A DNA stretch of 64,000 bases from Actinomycetota bacterium (GTDB lineage Bacteria; Actinomycetota; AC-67). Both the position numbers and the translations under genes were made by a program. The stretch lies in the NCBI GenBank assembly GCA_035307625.1, contig DATGHY010000358.1, positions 2,031-66,030 on the forward strand, read 5' to 3'. Positions 10,704-19,925 of the stretch are shown in pieces (position 1 is the stretch's first letter; each line of letters begins with the position of its first letter). The notes beneath the pieces are model-generated. The model ran no database searches. It had not been told where the DNA came from and was given only the letters and a program-made list of their open reading frames with translations.

Positions 10704-11978
10704 TCACCGATCGACCCCTCCCATGACCGGGTCGATGCTCGCCACGGAAGCGATCACGTCGGCGATCAAACCTCCGCGCACCATGTGCGGCATCGCTTGG
10801 AGGTTGATGAAGCTCGGGTCGCGGTCGTGCACGCGCCACGGCTTCGTCCCGCCGCTGGACACGATGTGGTACCCGAGCTCGCCGCGCGGGGACTCGATCG
10901 GCACGTAAGCCTCGCCGGCGGGAACCTTGAAACCCTCGGTCACGAGCTTGAAGTGATGGATCAACGCTTCCATCGACTCGCCCATGATCTTGCGGATGTA
11001 TTCGGGCGCGTTCCCGAGCCCGCCTTCGCCGAGCTGGAGCTGAGCAGGCCACGCGATCTTGCGGTCTTCAACCATGACCGGCCCATCGGGCAGCGATGCG
11101 GCGACCTGCTTGACGATCTTCGTCGACTCGCGCATCTCCTTGACGCGCACGAGATAGCGCGCCTCGCAATCCCCTGCTTCTTTCGTGGCAACCTCGAAGT
11201 CGTATTTCTCGTAGCCGCAGTACGGCGTCTGCTTGCGAAGATCGAGCGGAACACCGGCTGCTCGCAACAAAGGCCCCGTTACGCCGAGACCGAGCGCAAC
11301 GTCTGCTTCCAGGAGCCCCACGCCGCGGTTGCGGTCGATCCAGATCTGGTTCTCGGTCAGAAGCTCTTCGTATTCGTCGACCTTGGCGGGGAACGATTCG
11401 ACGAACGCGTTGACCTTTTCGAGCGTCCCCTCGGGCAGGTCGGTCGAGAGGCCACCGGGTCGGACGAACGCGTGGTTCATTCGCAGGCCCGTGACGTGCT
11501 CGAAGATGTCGAGGATCTGCTCGCGCTCGCGGAAGCCATACAGCATCATCGAGAGGGCACCGAGCTCCATCCCGCCGGTCGCGAGCCATACGAGGTGCGA
11601 CGCGATCCGATTCAGCTCCATCAGCATCACGCGGATCGCTTGCGCGCGCGCCGGCACCTCCGCGCCGAGCATCTTCTCGACGGCCATGCAGTACGCAGTC
11701 TCGTTGAAGAACGGTGCGAGGTAGTCGGCGCGGGTGACGAACGTCACGCCTTGCGTCCAGTTGCGCACCTCGGCGTTCTTCTCGATGCCCGTGTGCAAGT
11801 ACCCGACGACGGAGTGCGCGTTCACGACGGTTTCCCCGTCGAGCTCGAGCACCAGTCGCAGCACGCCGTGCGTCGAAGGATGCTGGGGGCCCATGTTGAC
11901 GATGAGGGTGTCCTCGCCCGTGCGCGCGACGAGCGTGTCCCAATCCTGGCCGCCGACAAAGACCTCGGGCTGGCTCAT
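10704..11978 (-). CDS. nuoD: NADH-quinone oxidoreductase subunit D (49 kDa)
   Basis: Start [10 protein letters not shown].. with GGAAGGA ribosome-binding site. NiFe-hydrogenase-large-subunit-like fold sequence. 4-nt ATGA overlap with the nuoC stop. Confidence 0.93.
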   Translation of the reverse strand: MSQPEVFVGGQDWDTLVARTGEDTLIVNMGPQHPSTHGVLRLVLELDGETVVNAHSVVGYLHTGIEKNAEVRNWTQGVTFVTRADYLAPFFNETAYCMAVEKMLGAEVPARAQAIRVMLMELNRIASHLVWLATGGMELGALSMMLYGFREREQILDIFEHVTGLRMNHAFVRPGGLSTDLPEGTLEKVNAFVESFPAKVDEYEELLTENQIWIDRNRGVGLLEADVALGLGVTGPLLRAAGVPLDLRKQTPYCGYEKYDFEVATKEAGDCEARYLVRVKEMRESTKIVKQVAASLPDGPVMVEDRKIAWPAQLQLGEGGLGNAPEYIRKIMGESMEALIHHFKLVTEGFKVPAGEAYVPIESPRGELGYHIVSSGGTKPWRVHDRDPSFINLQAMPHMVRGGLIADVIASVASIDPVMGGVDR

Positions 11979-12529
11979 GACGTCCTTCCCGGGTAGCCGC
12001 TCGTCGTCGTCGGCTGCGTGCGGACATCGGGCGGCGGGATGAACGCGCCGTGAAACCGCACGTTCGTTCCGCCGAGCGGGTAATCCTTGCGCTGCGGATA
12101 GCCCTCCCACTCGTCCGGCATGAAGATGCGCCGAAGGTTCGGGTGGCCTTCGAACGTGATCCCGAAGAAGTCGTAGACCTCTCGCTCTTGGAAGTTGGCC
12201 CCCGGCCAGACGCTCGTGACCGTCGGGCAACGCTCGTCGCCGTCCGGGATCCACACGCGTAGGCGTATCCGATGCGGGTGGGAAGGCGACGACAGGTGGT
12301 ACGCGACCAGGAAACGGCGCTCGGGCGCGTTCAGGCCGAGATAGTCGACGGCGGAGAGGTCGGACAGCAGCTCGAAGGGCACGTCGTCACGCAGGATCTT
12401 GCCGAGGTCCGCGATACGGTCGCGCGCGACGTCGACGGACACCTCGCCGAAAGCCTCCGACGGCTCGGAAACGGCCATGGGAAACCGTTCACGAGCGTGG
12501 GTGACGATGGCCGCGAGACGATCGTCCAT
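11975..12529 (-). CDS. nuoC: NADH-quinone oxidoreductase subunit C (30 kDa)
   Basis: 184 aa; ..[40 protein letters not shown].. typical NuoC. Confidence 0.9.
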   Translation of the reverse strand: MDDRLAAIVTHARERFPMAVSEPSEAFGEVSVDVARDRIADLGKILRDDVPFELLSDLSAVDYLGLNAPERRFLVAYHLSSPSHPHRIRLRVWIPDGDERCPTVTSVWPGANFQEREVYDFFGITFEGHPNLRRIFMPDEWEGYPQRKDYPLGGTNVRFHGAFIPPPDVRTQPTTTSGYPGRTS

Positions 12530-12531
12530 GC

Positions 12532-13011
12532 TCAGCTGCTCTTCGCGAAGTGGCTCGCGCGGATCTGCTCGTGCAGCTTCAAGATACCGTCCATCAGCAT
12601 CTCAGGACGCGGCGGACATCCCGGCACGTACATGTCGACCGGAACGATCTGATCGACGCCCTGCACGATCGCGTAGTTGTTGAACATGCCGCCTGAGGTC
12701 GCGCAGACACCCATCGATATGACCCACTTCGGCTCCGCCATCTGGTCGTAGATCTGGCGCAGCACCGGCGCCATCTTCTGCGACACGCGGCCGGCCACGA
12801 TCATCAAGTCGGCCTGGCGCGGCGACGCGCGGAAGACTTCCATCCCGAAGCGCGCGAGGTCGTAGTGCGCCGCACCGGTCGCCATCATCTCGATCGCACA
12901 GCACGCGAGACCGAACGTCGCCGGCCACAACGAGCCCGTGCGGGCCCAGTTGACGAACTTCTCGACGGTGGTGAGGAGAAGGCCGCTCGGAAGAGATTCC
13001 TCGAGCCCCAA
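12532..13011 (-). CDS. nuoB: NADH-quinone oxidoreductase subunit B (20 kDa, N2 cluster)
   Basis: 159 aa; ..[10 protein letters not shown].. and ..VPGCPPRPE.. motifs. Confidence 0.93.
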   Translation of the reverse strand: MGLEESLPSGLLLTTVEKFVNWARTGSLWPATFGLACCAIEMMATGAAHYDLARFGMEVFRASPRQADLMIVAGRVSQKMAPVLRQIYDQMAEPKWVISMGVCATSGGMFNNYAIVQGVDQIVPVDMYVPGCPPRPEMLMDGILKLHEQIRASHFAKSS

Positions 13012-13443
13012 CTACGCTCCGATCTTTTCGGCCGGGCGCGCGCGCTCCATGATCATGCGGCTCACGGAATGGCGGATCGAACCTTCCTCTTCCCAATCGA
13101 GCCCGCCGGCGCGCCAGACGTAGAAGTACGCGACGAGCAGCAGCAAGACGAACGTACCCATCTCGGCGAGGCCGAACAGTCCGAGCTCGCGGAAGATAAC
13201 TGCGAACGGATAGAAGAAGATGACTTCGACGTCGAAGATGATGAACAGCATCGCGATCAGATAGAACTTCACCGGGAAGCGTTCGCGCGGGGCGCGCTCG
13301 GGCACGATGCCGCATTCGTAAGGCGCGAGCTTGGCCGGCGTCGGGTTCCTGGGGCCCACCTTAGAGGCGATGAAGATAGAGGCCACTGCGAACAGCGCCG
13401 CAAGGCCGAGCATCATCAGGATGGGCAGGTAATCAGAAAGCAC
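13012..13443 (-). CDS. nuoA: NADH-quinone oxidoreductase subunit A
   Basis: 143 aa, 3 TM, ..LAPYECGIVP..FDVEVIFFYP.. NuoA signature; first gene of the operon. Confidence 0.88.
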   Translation of the reverse strand: MLSDYLPILMMLGLAALFAVASIFIASKVGPRNPTPAKLAPYECGIVPERAPRERFPVKFYLIAMLFIIFDVEVIFFYPFAVIFRELGLFGLAEMGTFVLLLLVAYFYVWRAGGLDWEEEGSIRHSVSRMIMERARPAEKIGA

Positions 13444-13543
13444 CGTTCACCTCGCGAAACGGCCGCGACCAGGGCTCACGATAGGAACAGCCGGCGCGCG
13501 CGTGCAAACCCGAGCGACGTTCACGAACGCACGCCCTCTCGCT

Positions 13544-14791
13544 TCACGAATGCACCATCCGATCGATCGCAGGCGCGTTGCGGACCAAGGCGTTGATCAG
13601 ACGGTCCGACGCCGCCCCATCGCGCGGCTCGGTGAGGTTCGCGAGGATCTTGAAAGCGAAGCGCATCAGCCACTCGCGCTTCATCCCGTGCTTGGTGAGC
13701 GAGCCCATAATCCGCGCGTTCCCGATCAGTTTCACGAACGTCCGTCCGAGGATGAAGTAGCCCTCGTACGTGTCGCGGAGCCGGTCGGGGTACGCGCGGA
13801 GCGCGCGCGGATCGCCCGCCCTGAGCGCATCGTCGGCCACTTCGGCCGCGATCGCGGCCGTCTCCATCGCGTATGCGATCCCCTCGCCGTTGAAGGGGTT
13901 CACGGCGCCGGCGGCGTCGCCGACCAGCATCAGGCCCGGCCGCGCCAGCGGCGTGCGATTGAAGCCCATCGGAAGCGACCCGCCCCTGATCTTCCCAACC
14001 TGGTTCTCGCGAGTCAGACCCCACTCCTTCGGGAGCCCGGCGACCCAATCCCACAGCAGCTTCTTGTAATCGACGGCCTGGAAGTGCTTGGACGTGTTGA
14101 GCAGCCCGAGCCCGACGTTCACCGTCCCGTCCGGCACCGGGAAAATCCAACCGTACCCGGGAAGCAGATCGTCGCCCGCCCAAAGCTCCAGGTAGCTCTC
14201 GAGGTAGTTGTCGTTCCACCGTGGGCTCTTGAAGTACGTGCGCACCGCAACACCCATCGGCCGGTTGTCGATCCGGTGGATGCCCAGCGGGATGCCGAAT
14301 CGGTTCGCGACACCGTCGCCGACGATCACAACCGGCGCGCGCACCTCGCCCCGGTCACCGTTCTTGTAGGAGACGCCGGTCACCACGCCATCGCCGTCGA
14401 CGAGCGGGCCGGTGACCTCCGTCTCCTCCCAGACCTCGGCTCCCGCCTTTCGAGCGTGATCGAGGAGCAAAGAGTCGAAGTCCAATCGCGTCTGAACCAG
14501 TCCGACGTGCGGCCACTCGTTGAGCTCGGGCCAGGGCAGCTCGAGCGTGACGCCACCGCCGATGATGCGGAGCCCGTCGGCGCGCGCCCATCCCGGACCA
14601 TCGGTCTCGACACCCATCTGATGCAACGCTTTGACCGCGCGCGGCGTGAGCCCATCCCCGCAGACCTTCTCGCGTGGGAAATGGGCCTTGTCGATGACGA
14701 CCACGCGGCGCCCGCGCGCAGCGAGGTGATATGCCGCCGTCGATCCCGCGGGTCCGCCGCCCACGATGGCGACGTCGAATGTGTCGGTCAC
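13544..14791 (-). CDS. Geranylgeranyl reductase family FAD-dependent oxidoreductase (menaquinone/isoprenoid side-chain reductase-like)
   Basis: N-terminal FAD fold DVAIVGGGPAGSTAAYHLA, conserved ..KVCGDGLTPRA.. and ..GDAAG.. motifs; 415 aa. Lies upstream of nuoA, as in many actinobacteria. Confidence 0.85.
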   Translation of the reverse strand: MTDTFDVAIVGGGPAGSTAAYHLAARGRRVVVIDKAHFPREKVCGDGLTPRAVKALHQMGVETDGPGWARADGLRIIGGGVTLELPWPELNEWPHVGLVQTRLDFDSLLLDHARKAGAEVWEETEVTGPLVDGDGVVTGVSYKNGDRGEVRAPVVIVGDGVANRFGIPLGIHRIDNRPMGVAVRTYFKSPRWNDNYLESYLELWAGDDLLPGYGWIFPVPDGTVNVGLGLLNTSKHFQAVDYKKLLWDWVAGLPKEWGLTRENQVGKIRGGSLPMGFNRTPLARPGLMLVGDAAGAVNPFNGEGIAYAMETAAIAAEVADDALRAGDPRALRAYPDRLRDTYEGYFILGRTFVKLIGNARIMGSLTKHGMKREWLMRFAFKILANLTEPRDGAASDRLINALVRNAPAIDRMVHS

Positions 14792-14819
14792 GCGCGCCTC
14801 TCCGCCCCCGCTCCCGGGC

Positions 14820-14837
14820 TTGTGAATGACTTCACAA
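14820..14837. promoter_or_regulatory. Rex operator (perfect TTGTGAA-N4-TTCACAA) in the divergent region upstream of the GGR-nuo genes
   Basis: Sequence TTGTGAATGACTTCACAA matches the Rex (ROP) consensus exactly. A rex gene is present in the window. Rex control of nuoA-N is established in Streptomyces. Confidence 0.6.
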
Positions 14838-16397
14838 GAAGCCTACGACCGGCACGATGGGGAATCAAACGAACGATGGAGATCCCGAGCGGCTGCTCGT
14901 CATGGAGGGGCTCGGAACAACGGCGGGTCGGTTTCGTTACCCTTTGAGCCCATGCTTCGCGTAGCGGGGGTGCGCGTGCGCTCGGGCAGCCGAGTGCCTG
15001 CTCTTGCCTTGCTTCTCCTTTCTGCGGCCACCACAGCGGCGATCGTCATCGCCGGCAAGCACATCCCGCCGTGGTCGTTTGCTCTGATGCTCATCGTTGC
15101 AGCGGGCTCTTTCTTCTTGGTGCTCCGCAGGGAGACGAAGGCACCCTCGCTCGCGTGCTGGATGGTCTTCGCGGTTACCGCGGTCGTCATGGCGATCGCC
15201 GTCGCCGTACCACCTCGGACGTCGAACGATGTCTGGGCTTATGCGATCTACGGCCGCATCGTCACGGCGCACAACGCGAGCCCCTACGTCCATGCGCCGC
15301 AGGACTTCCCCAACGACCCCTACTACCTTCGCGCGCGTCGCGGCTACAAGAACATCAAGTCCGTCTACGGGCCGGTGTGGACCGGTCTCTCGGCAGGCGT
15401 TATGGAAGTAGCCGACGAGAACAAGTGGGCCGCGCGCCTGTTGTTCCAGGGGATCGCGGGCCTCTCCGTGCTCGGCGCCATGGTGCTGCTGTGGCGCCGG
15501 ACGAAGGATGCAGCGGTGCTCGCGTTCGCCGGGCTGAATCCGGTCATCGCCGCGAGCATCGTCAATGGTGGACACAACGATGCGCTCCTCGGCCTCGCAG
15601 TATTGGGCGGTGCGTTCGCCGCGCCGAGCTCCCCCATCCTCGCCGGTCTGATCCTCGGAGCCGGAGCGGCGATCAAGATCGTCGGCTTCCTCCCGCTGGG
15701 TGCGATCGCGTTGTGGGCCTTGTATAGGCGAGGCTGGCGCTACGGCGTGAAGCTGCTGTCGAGCGGCCTTGCGCTCGTCGCGATCGGCTACGCCGTCGTC
15801 GGCGGGATCACGGCGCTCCGTCCACTCGGCCGCGGATCGAAGCTGATCACGCACCATTCGATCTGGTACGACCCCCGGCAATGGATCAGAGCGATCGTGC
15901 GCGCAGGCGGCTCAACGGTGAAACACGCGACGAACGTAGCGGGCCAAGAGATCGCCATAATCGGAACCGTCTTCGTGCTGGTCGTGACCGCGATCGTCGT
16001 CCTCTCACGCTTCCGGAAGCAGCGACCGGAGCGTCTGGCGGCAGCCAGCCTCGTTCCTTATCTGTTCGGCGCGCAGTACATCCTTCCGTGGTATCCGGGG
16101 TGGGTGTTGCCGTCGATGGCGACGAGCCGCAAGACATTGCTTGCGAAGTTGGTGGTGGTGCAGTCGATCTTGCTCTTCGTTGTCGATCCGGATCGCTTCT
16201 ACACCGTCCACGGATTCTCGGGCGCCGTCGATCACGCGATCCAGCGATACATGATCCCACTCTTCGAGCTCGCGGTGATCATCGCCCTGGTGGTAACCGG
16301 TATCCGCCAGCTGAGGACGCGAACATCCAAGGGCGAGCGGCCGGATGCACCACTGCGGCGGCTGGAAGAAGAAGCTACGAGCGCAGCGCCGGGATAA
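14826..16397 (+). CDS. Polytopic integral membrane protein (possible GT-C-type glycosyl/mannosyltransferase, DUF2029-like)
   Basis: About 12 predicted TM helices and a long N-terminal soluble leader. Alternative start at ATG 14952 (MLRVAGVRV..). Family assignment from general architecture only. Confidence 0.5.
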   Translation: MTSQEAYDRHDGESNERWRSRAAARHGGARNNGGSVSLPFEPMLRVAGVRVRSGSRVPALALLLLSAATTAAIVIAGKHIPPWSFALMLIVAAGSFFLVLRRETKAPSLACWMVFAVTAVVMAIAVAVPPRTSNDVWAYAIYGRIVTAHNASPYVHAPQDFPNDPYYLRARRGYKNIKSVYGPVWTGLSAGVMEVADENKWAARLLFQGIAGLSVLGAMVLLWRRTKDAAVLAFAGLNPVIAASIVNGGHNDALLGLAVLGGAFAAPSSPILAGLILGAGAAIKIVGFLPLGAIALWALYRRGWRYGVKLLSSGLALVAIGYAVVGGITALRPLGRGSKLITHHSIWYDPRQWIRAIVRAGGSTVKHATNVAGQEIAIIGTVFVLVVTAIVVLSRFRKQRPERLAAASLVPYLFGAQYILPWYPGWVLPSMATSRKTLLAKLVVVQSILLFVVDPDRFYTVHGFSGAVDHAIQRYMIPLFELAVIIALVVTGIRQLRTRTSKGERPDAPLRRLEEEATSAAPG

Positions 16398-17409
16398 CGT
16401 CCCGCGCGAAGCGATCGATCGCTGCGCGCGCGCGATCCGCCGGTGTGCCGGGGGGCGCGAGGATCACCGAAGTGAACGTGTCGGCGAAGCCGAGCGCATC
16501 GATCTTCTCGACCGTCGGTCGCATCTTCGCGGCAACCTGTTCCGGCGAACCGACGATGCATGTCGAACGGATCTGCTCCTCGAAAGGCTCGGCCGCCTCG
16601 CGCGCGCCCGAAACGTCGCGCGCGCCCTGTCCCCAAAGCATGTACGAGCCGCGCACGTGCATGACCCCGTCGCGTATTGAGCGCCAGCCGTCGTCTTCGT
16701 CGTCGCCGAGGCCGACGTTCTGGAACGAACCGAAGCGGTAGGGCTGCTCGGGATTCAGCTCTTTCCGTTTCGCCAGCAGGTTCGCCGCGAGATCCGGCAG
16801 CGTGTCGAACGTCGCCGACGACGGTGGGAAGTAGCCATCCCCGAAGCGAGCCGAACGTCGCAGCGCCGCTTCCGCGTTCCCGCCGAGCCAGACCGGCGGA
16901 CCGCCGGCCCGTGCGGGCTTCGGCGCAACCTCGATGTCGTCGTACTGAAGGTATTCGCCCTCGAACGTGACGCGGTCCTTCGTCCACGCTGCTTTGAGGA
17001 CTTGCGCGAACTCACCGAGCCGTTTGCCGCGACCCTTCTGCTGCGCGCGGAACATCCTGTACTCCTCCGGCGCCCACCCGAGACCGAGGCCGAGGTTCAA
17101 CCGGCCATTCGAGATGTTGTCGACGACCGCTGCATCCTCCGCGATCCGAAGCGGATCGTGGAACGGCGCCAACAGCACCGCGGTGCCCAGCTCGATGGTT
17201 CGCGTGCGCGCTGCAACGGCGGCGAGGAATGGAAGCGTCGATGGGATGTAGCCGTCCGAAGCGGCGTGATGTTCCGCGAGCCAGAACGAGTCGAAGCCGG
17301 CATCTTCTGCCCAGCCGGCAAGCTCCAGCGTGTCCGCGTAAAGCTCGGCGTGCGTTCGCTTATCCCACGGGGGGATCTGCAGCGTGAACTGGCCGAGCCC
17401 GAACCGCAC
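16375..17409 (-). CDS. LLM-class (luciferase-like) F420-dependent oxidoreductase
   Basis: N-terminus MRFGLGQF..LAGWAEDAGFDSFWLAEHH is typical of luciferase-like monooxygenase/F420 reductases; 344 aa. Confidence 0.82.
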   Translation of the reverse strand: MRFGLGQFTLQIPPWDKRTHAELYADTLELAGWAEDAGFDSFWLAEHHAASDGYIPSTLPFLAAVAARTRTIELGTAVLLAPFHDPLRIAEDAAVVDNISNGRLNLGLGLGWAPEEYRMFRAQQKGRGKRLGEFAQVLKAAWTKDRVTFEGEYLQYDDIEVAPKPARAGGPPVWLGGNAEAALRRSARFGDGYFPPSSATFDTLPDLAANLLAKRKELNPEQPYRFGSFQNVGLGDDEDDGWRSIRDGVMHVRGSYMLWGQGARDVSGAREAAEPFEEQIRSTCIVGSPEQVAAKMRPTVEKIDALGFADTFTSVILAPPGTPADRARAAIDRFARDVIPALRS

Positions 17410-18375
17410 TTACTTGACGCCGGCGTACGAGTGAAGCCCGGCGATCCAAAGGTTCACGGCGTAATACGTGAACATCACGCTTGCGAAGCCGACCGACGCG
17501 ATGATCGCCGCGCGCCGCCCGCGCCAGCCAGCCGTTGCGCGCGCGTGCAGGTATCCCGCGTAGATCACCCACGTGATGAACGCCCAGGTTTCCTTCGGGT
17601 CCCAACCCCAATACCGGCCCCACGCTTGGTGCGCCCAGATCGCTCCGGCGATGACGGCGAACGTCCAGACCGGGAACGCGAACTGAATTGTGCGATACGC
17701 CAGTGTGTCGAAGGTCGCGGCGCTTGGGAAACGCGACATGAATCCCGTCGAGCTGCCCTCCTGCTGCGGCGCATCCTCTTCCGCGACGAGGTCCGATGGC
17801 GCGCCTTCCTGTGTCGTGGTGCTGCCGATGTACGCGGCCCCAACGGTGCTTCCTGTGTATGCCGCTGCTGCACGCCGCTCGGAACGATCCTTCACGAGAT
17901 ACAAAACGGTGAAGATGAACGACAGCGCGAACAGGTTGGAGCCCGTGATCGCCGCGATCACGTGGATCTTGATCCAGTACGAGCTGAGTGCGGGAACGAG
18001 CGGCCCGGCAGGCGCGTACACGAGCCGCGCCGACGCAAGCGCAAGGACGCCACCGCCGAGTGCGAACCCTCCGACCTGGCGCAGCCCGAGCCGCCGGTCG
18101 ATGACGAGCAGGTAGGTCATGACCATGAGGAAGCCCAACATGTTCGAGTACTCGAACATGTTCCCCCATGGAACGCGCTGGACGGACAGCCCACGCGTGG
18201 CGATGGACGCGGCGTGCGTCAGTGCGCCACCCCACGCGACGAAGGTAGCGATCGAGCCGACCCGCTTGCTCCGGTACGCCAACGCGCCGAAGAAGAGCAG
18301 CATCGCCCCCGCGTAGACGGCAAGCGCAACCCAGAAAAGTGTGTCGGACAGGCGAGCGAGTTCCGCATTAACCAT
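17410..18375 (-). CDS. ccsA: Cytochrome c biogenesis protein CcsA/ResC (haem-handling WWD protein)
   Basis: Polytopic membrane protein with WGRYWGWDPKETWAFITW (WWD domain) and conserved histidines. Confidence 0.88.
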   Translation of the reverse strand: MVNAELARLSDTLFWVALAVYAGAMLLFFGALAYRSKRVGSIATFVAWGGALTHAASIATRGLSVQRVPWGNMFEYSNMLGFLMVMTYLLVIDRRLGLRQVGGFALGGGVLALASARLVYAPAGPLVPALSSYWIKIHVIAAITGSNLFALSFIFTVLYLVKDRSERRAAAAYTGSTVGAAYIGSTTTQEGAPSDLVAEEDAPQQEGSSTGFMSRFPSAATFDTLAYRTIQFAFPVWTFAVIAGAIWAHQAWGRYWGWDPKETWAFITWVIYAGYLHARATAGWRGRRAAIIASVGFASVMFTYYAVNLWIAGLHSYAGVK

Positions 18376-19864
18376 CGGGAGCTCCGATCTGATGCAGATC
18401 CTTGTCGAGGTCGCGCACGAAGGTCTTGAACTCTTCCTCGAACGCTGCCTTCCGTTGCATGGCTTGACCTGCGATCTCCAGACGCGCGACGCCGTTGTGC
18501 GGTGCGGCGCGCACCCAGATCCGTCGCCGGGAACTATATAAGGCGGGTATCAAGCCGACCAAGATGAGAACGGCTGCGACGAGAAGGATCGGCGCGCCGG
18601 GGTTCGAGGCCAGCTCGAACACGCTGTATTGCTTCAAGCCGGTAAGCGATACGGTGATCCCGTCCGGAAGCGTCGAGGTGCCGCCCATCGGGATCGCATC
18701 GCTCTTCGCCGGAGACAGATGCGACGTGTCGAGCTCGTAAACGTTCTGTGCGTTTTCCAGCCCGAGATCTCCCAGGTATTGCTGGAAGAACAGGACCGGA
18801 TGCGTGGGCTGCGGCGTCCCGTTGAAGACGTTTCCGTTGGCGTCCCGCTCGAAGTCCGTGAAGAACACCATCTGCAGACCCATCTGCAGCGGCGTGGTCT
18901 CGGGCACCTTCGCAACGCCCTGCCACACACCTTGCTGCGGGAGGAAGATCGTCGGCCCTTCGTAGAGCACGTTCCCGCGCTGGGCGATCTTGATGATCGG
19001 GGCCCACCCCCACGAGATCTGATAGACGCGCACGCCCCGGTACGTAAGCGGATGGTTCACTTGGATCGTCGGGCTCTCGATCAGCCTGCCGTGGTCGAAC
19101 AAGCGCACCGAGGACTTGAAAGTCTTGGGCACTCCATCCGGGTACCACTGGACGTCGAAGTTATCGAGCAAGATCTGGAACCCACGGAAGTGCTCGTTGA
19201 AGTAGCGGCCTTCCGTGATCGAGTCGTAATCGATGTGCGTGTCGGTGAACCGCTCGCCTTCGATGACGGCGACCTGCCCTGTGTAGCCGAACAGCTTCCC
19301 GATCGACATGCCGAGCAGCAAGACGAGGAACGCGGTGTGGAAGAGCAAGCTGCCGCCTTCGCGCAGGTGACCTTTCTCCGCGGCAACCGTGCCGTCCGCG
19401 CGCACCAAGCGGAACCGCTTGCTCTTCAGGACGCGCTCGGCCCCAGTCAGGGCGACGTCGGGCGAAAGCGCGACGGTTCCGCTCCGGTACTGCGGCTGCA
19501 CCGATAGCGTGCCTTCCGTGCGAGGACGCGCGCGCAACGTACGGACGAAGGCGCGCCACCTCGGCAGGATGCAACCGACGAGGCTGACGAGCAGCAGCCC
19601 GTAGATCGCCATGAACCACCACGACCCGAAGACGTCGAACAGACCGAGGTGCTCCGCGATCGGCGCCCAGCCACGGTTATGGGTGATCCAGGCTGAGACC
19701 TTGTCGGGACTGATCGGCCGCTGCGGGAACAAGCTTCCCAGCGACGCTCCTGCGGCAAGCAACAGGAGCAGGATCAACGCGGTGCGCATCGTTCGCAGCT
19801 GACGCCACAGGGCGCGCGCGATCGACGTGACGGTGGCTGGGCGGCGGCTGGTCGTCGTCGTCAT
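18368..19864 (-). CDS. ccsB: Cytochrome c biogenesis protein CcsB/ResB
   Basis: 498 aa with N-terminal TM helices, large extracytoplasmic domain and C-terminal TM; adjacent to ccsA. Confidence 0.85.
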   Translation of the reverse strand: MTTTTSRRPATVTSIARALWRQLRTMRTALILLLLLAAGASLGSLFPQRPISPDKVSAWITHNRGWAPIAEHLGLFDVFGSWWFMAIYGLLLVSLVGCILPRWRAFVRTLRARPRTEGTLSVQPQYRSGTVALSPDVALTGAERVLKSKRFRLVRADGTVAAEKGHLREGGSLLFHTAFLVLLLGMSIGKLFGYTGQVAVIEGERFTDTHIDYDSITEGRYFNEHFRGFQILLDNFDVQWYPDGVPKTFKSSVRLFDHGRLIESPTIQVNHPLTYRGVRVYQISWGWAPIIKIAQRGNVLYEGPTIFLPQQGVWQGVAKVPETTPLQMGLQMVFFTDFERDANGNVFNGTPQPTHPVLFFQQYLGDLGLENAQNVYELDTSHLSPAKSDAIPMGGTSTLPDGITVSLTGLKQYSVFELASNPGAPILLVAAVLILVGLIPALYSSRRRIWVRAAPHNGVARLEIAGQAMQRKAAFEEEFKTFVRDLDKDLHQIGAPDG

Positions 19865-19925
19865 CTCGTTTCAGGGGGAAGGATGTTCGAAAGGGTACGC
19901 CGGGTGCGCGCGCGCGGCCACACGC

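Noticed and set aside
5202-12027. Alternative-frame ORFs over nuoH, nuoG, nuoF and nuoD (e.g. 5202..6479 -, 6506..7525 -, 8699..10174 +, 8802..10097 -, 10785..11996 +, 11068..12027 -)
   Set aside because: These have the same artefact class. The true genes are identified by Fe-S and FMN motifs in the other frame.
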